28,338 bases of DNA from contig JAJYNW010000014.1 in NCBI GenBank assembly GCA_021786105.1, positions 1 to 28,338 of the forward strand, read 5' to 3'. The notes beneath the pieces are model-generated. The model did not search any database, had not been told where the DNA came from, and worked only from the letters and a program-made list of their open reading frames with translations. The DNA comes from a bacterium. Its GTDB lineage: Bacteria; Patescibacteriota; Microgenomatia; Daviesbacterales; UBA10151. The position numbers were made by a program, and so were the translations under genes. Numbering within the stretch: position 1 is the stretch's first letter; each line of letters starts with the position of its first letter. Shown one piece after another: positions 25,757-28,338 of the stretch.

Positions 25757-27376
25757 TCATTTATTAACTTCTATTATGCCCTGGACGGCGGCGCGGTTGG
25801 TGGGATCAGCACTTAAAACTAAGGTAAACAGTTCTTTGGCTTTATCTTTTTGTCCCATCATCAGGTAGACTAAGCCTAAATTATTTCTTAAATTGAGATT
25901 TCCGGGATTAACCTGAATAGCTTTTTGCAAATTTTCTGCCGCTAAGTCATATTTTTTGGCTTGGAAATAGATAGCCGAAATATTTTGATAAGACTGCCAA
26001 AGGCCTGGGTTAAACTCTAAAGCTTTTTGGTAGTATCCCAAAGCCTTATCCGGCTGACCGAGCTCCAGATAAGTATTGGCGGCATTGTGGTAAGCATCAC
26101 CGTAATTGGGCTTTAAGGCAATGGCAGTTAAAAATTCCCTTAAAGCGGCCTGTTTGTCCCCGTGTCGGCCATACACATCGCCCAAGTTATTGTGAGTATT
26201 GGGGGAGGAGGGGGAGGTTTTGCCGGTGGCAATCCATAAGTTATCTTCGTTAGCCCAGTCAATATTCCTGACAATGGTTCTTACGGAAAGAGCAAGCAAA
26301 ATTACCACAAAGGTAATATAAGTGGCCTGTTTGAGCTTAGGATTGCGGCTTAATTTATCAAACCCCAGCCCTGCCAAGGCTAATATGCCAATAATAGGCA
26401 AGTATAAATACCTTTCAGCCACCACCCAATTTAGCCTGAAAGGGGTTAAGGTAGGAGAAAGGGCAATTAAGAAAAATGATGACCAAAAGAAAACGGATTT
26501 GTTCTTTTTGAAGCTGATTAGGATTACGACAAAAAACGCCAGAGTAATTAACACCCTTAAAATATACTGAAATTGGCTAAAAGCCAGCTCTGAGTGATAA
26601 AGAGTCAGGGTTTTTGGGAAAAAGATCAGTTCAAAGTAAGAAGTGACCGCCACAGTGACCAGTTGTATCGGGCTGTCCGTGCCTTTTTCTAAGTAGTGAA
26701 CAGATTGCAGGGTGTTTTCCCGCTCCGGTAAGGCGTTTAAGGTGATTAAAACATAAGCCACCGACAGAACCAAAAAGGGTACAGTTTTTACCCAATTCTT
26801 TTTCAGGCTGCCAAACGACAGTTCAAAAAGGGGAAAAATTAAGAAAAGGGCAATCGGCATCTGTGGGTGAGACATAAATGAGAACAAAAAAGCCACTAAA
26901 GAGATCCAATAGTATTTCGGATTGTGTTTTGATACCAAATAACAGACAAAAGAGAGTAAAAAGAAGAAGGCGTATTGTGGGTAAGTGCCTCCGGATACCC
27001 ACACCACAGCTTCGGAAATGGCCGGGTGGACAGCAAAGAGCGCGGCCACAAATAATCCCATTCTTTTGGAATATAACCGTTTAAACAACAGATAAACCAG
27101 AAAAACTGAACCTGCATGCAAAAAAATATTGATTGATCTAAAAAGAAATGGGTTTAATCCGCCCATTTGAAAGGCTAACCAGTAGAAAATCAGTCGGATA
27201 AAGCCAAACGGCCGGGTAAAAATAACGCTTAAGTGCCCGACATTGGGGTTATTGACGATTTCGGCCAGATCATCGGAGAGAAAAACATTATTTAAAGAAT
27301 TAACATAGGTTATGAGTATCAGGATGAATAGAAACAAAAAAACTAACCAGTTTTTTTTAATTGTGGTGATGATCAC
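25757..27376 (-). CDS. TMTC-like membrane glycosyltransferase with C-terminal TPR repeats
   Basis: YVNSLNNVFLSDD, FAVHPAISEAVVW, FPKTLTLYH, VAERYLYLP, RTIVRNIDW; several TPR motifs. Confidence 0.85.
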   Translation of the reverse strand: MIITTIKKNWLVFLFLFILILITYVNSLNNVFLSDDLAEIVNNPNVGHLSVIFTRPFGFIRLIFYWLAFQMGGLNPFLFRSINIFLHAGSVFLVYLLFKRLYSKRMGLFVAALFAVHPAISEAVVWVSGGTYPQYAFFFLLSFVCYLVSKHNPKYYWISLVAFLFSFMSHPQMPIALFLIFPLFELSFGSLKKNWVKTVPFLVLSVAYVLITLNALPERENTLQSVHYLEKGTDSPIQLVTVAVTSYFELIFFPKTLTLYHSELAFSQFQYILRVLITLAFFVVILISFKKNKSVFFWSSFFLIALSPTLTPFRLNWVVAERYLYLPIIGILALAGLGFDKLSRNPKLKQATYITFVVILLALSVRTIVRNIDWANEDNLWIATGKTSPSSPNTHNNLGDVYGRHGDKQAALREFLTAIALKPNYGDAYHNAANTYLELGQPDKALGYYQKALEFNPGLWQSYQNISAIYFQAKKYDLAAENLQKAIQVNPGNLNLRNNLGLVYLMMGQKDKAKELFTLVLSADPTNRAAVQGIIEVNK

Positions 27377-27394
27377 ACTAATGATAATACAACA

Positions 27395-28132
27395 TCAACG
27401 GGGAATTTTTAAGACCATACCCGGTTCGATATGGTCCGGATTAGAAATATTGTTGGCCTGGGCAATTTTTTGATAAGCCATGATATCGCCATAGGCCCGT
27501 CCGGCGATTGTAGATAACCAGTCCCCTACTACGACGGTATAAGTATCACCTTCGATCCGCGGACCCCAGATGGTGGTATTGCCGCCACCGGTCCCGGTGC
27601 CGACTGCTGTTTGGTCATCAGGCGTAGTAGTTGGTGCCGGTGACACAGACGGTTCAGGTGTCGCAGTAACTTCCGGTGAAGGTGAAACAACCGGTTCGGC
27701 AGAAGCTTGAACTTGATCAGCGGCTGCTTTGGGAATGTCCAAAACCTGGCCGGTGGTAATCTGATCGACATTGGTTAAACTGTTGGCCTTGGCAATATCA
27801 GCAAATTTGCTGCCGTCTTTGTAGTATTTTTCCGCAATGATAAATAAGGTATCCCCTTCTTTAACAGTGTATTTGCCCGGTAATTGATCCGGGGAGACAT
27901 CTTGGTTAGCAGTTTCGTTTTGGGTTTGTTGGGCCGGGCCTAAGGCAGCTTTATTGCGATTGAAGTAGTTGAAGACTAAGATCCCGATGACTAACACAAT
28001 TAAAGCACCCAGGATTAAACTAACTTTGGATTGGTTAGTTTCCACTTCTTTCTCCAGCTTTTCTAAATAGCTGGGAGAAGAAACTGGTTTAACAGTTTTA
28101 TTTGTACGTTTGATTGAAACTTTTTTTGCCAT
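27395..28132 (-). CDS. membrane-anchored protein with two LysM domains and a Pro/Thr/Ser-rich linker
   Basis: TM helix; YTVKEGDTLFIIAEKYY...IAKAN...GQVLDIP and YTVVVGDWLSTIA...IAQAN...PGMVLKIP. Confidence 0.92.
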   Translation of the reverse strand: MAKKVSIKRTNKTVKPVSSPSYLEKLEKEVETNQSKVSLILGALIVLVIGILVFNYFNRNKAALGPAQQTQNETANQDVSPDQLPGKYTVKEGDTLFIIAEKYYKDGSKFADIAKANSLTNVDQITTGQVLDIPKAAADQVQASAEPVVSPSPEVTATPEPSVSPAPTTTPDDQTAVGTGTGGGNTTIWGPRIEGDTYTVVVGDWLSTIAGRAYGDIMAYQKIAQANNISNPDHIEPGMVLKIPR

Positions 28133-28338
28133 TTTTACGGGCAGACGGAAGACAGATTTTTCTTGGCTACTTTTTAACCCATATCAAAATAATTGTCAAG
28201 GGGTCAGGTTACTGACCCACCTGCAGATTTGAAATAAATGGGACAATTTTCTTTTAAAGGGTAGGATTTTGATCTGTCTCTAGGAAAATTTAGAAGAATT
28301 TTTGAAGATAGTCCGAGACTGTAGAGAAAATATTATTG

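Noticed and set aside
22922-27771. Short ORFs inside the GT-C, kinase-like, TMTC-like and LysM genes
   Set aside because: Nested in supported genes with no independent evidence.
28290-28338. Possible 3' end of a minus-strand gene (...NNIFSTVSDYLQKFF*)
   Set aside because: Only 15 codons visible; too short to support.
1-28338. CRISPR array, rRNA, transposase or stop-codon reassignment
   Set aside because: No spaced direct repeats, rRNA-like sequence or transposase motifs seen; conserved genes are intact in code 11 and several end in TGA.

Overview
AT-rich, gene-dense bacterial chromosome segment. Gene content (ileS-rodA-rplU-rpmA-parB, lepB, many GT-C glycosyltransferases, DUF5674, CxxC-x17-CxxC protein, CCA-less tRNAs) suggests Patescibacteria/CPR, probably Microgenomates; this assignment is inference. 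It holds a housekeeping block, three C34-anticodon tRNAs (Val-CAC, Gly-CCC, Thr-CGT), a surface-glycosylation region, a RecD/Dda-like helicase and several small accessory genes. Main signals not in the ORF track: (1) a complete ribosome-mediated transcription attenuator with a 21-aa Ile/Thr-rich leader peptide (178-243) upstream of a type-2 IleRS that has the non-canonical GVHH/PMHKS signature motifs; (2) directly after tRNA-Gly, a second tRNA 3' fragment whose T-loop is split by a 50-nt double GCGAAGC-hairpin insert, with a related hairpin after tRNA-Thr; (3) a recurring leaderless-mRNA architecture; (4) an atypical kinase-like membrane protein beside tRNA-Thr; (5) a TMTC-like mannosyltransferase next to plausible substrates. 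All family calls come from motif recognition by eye, with no database searches.
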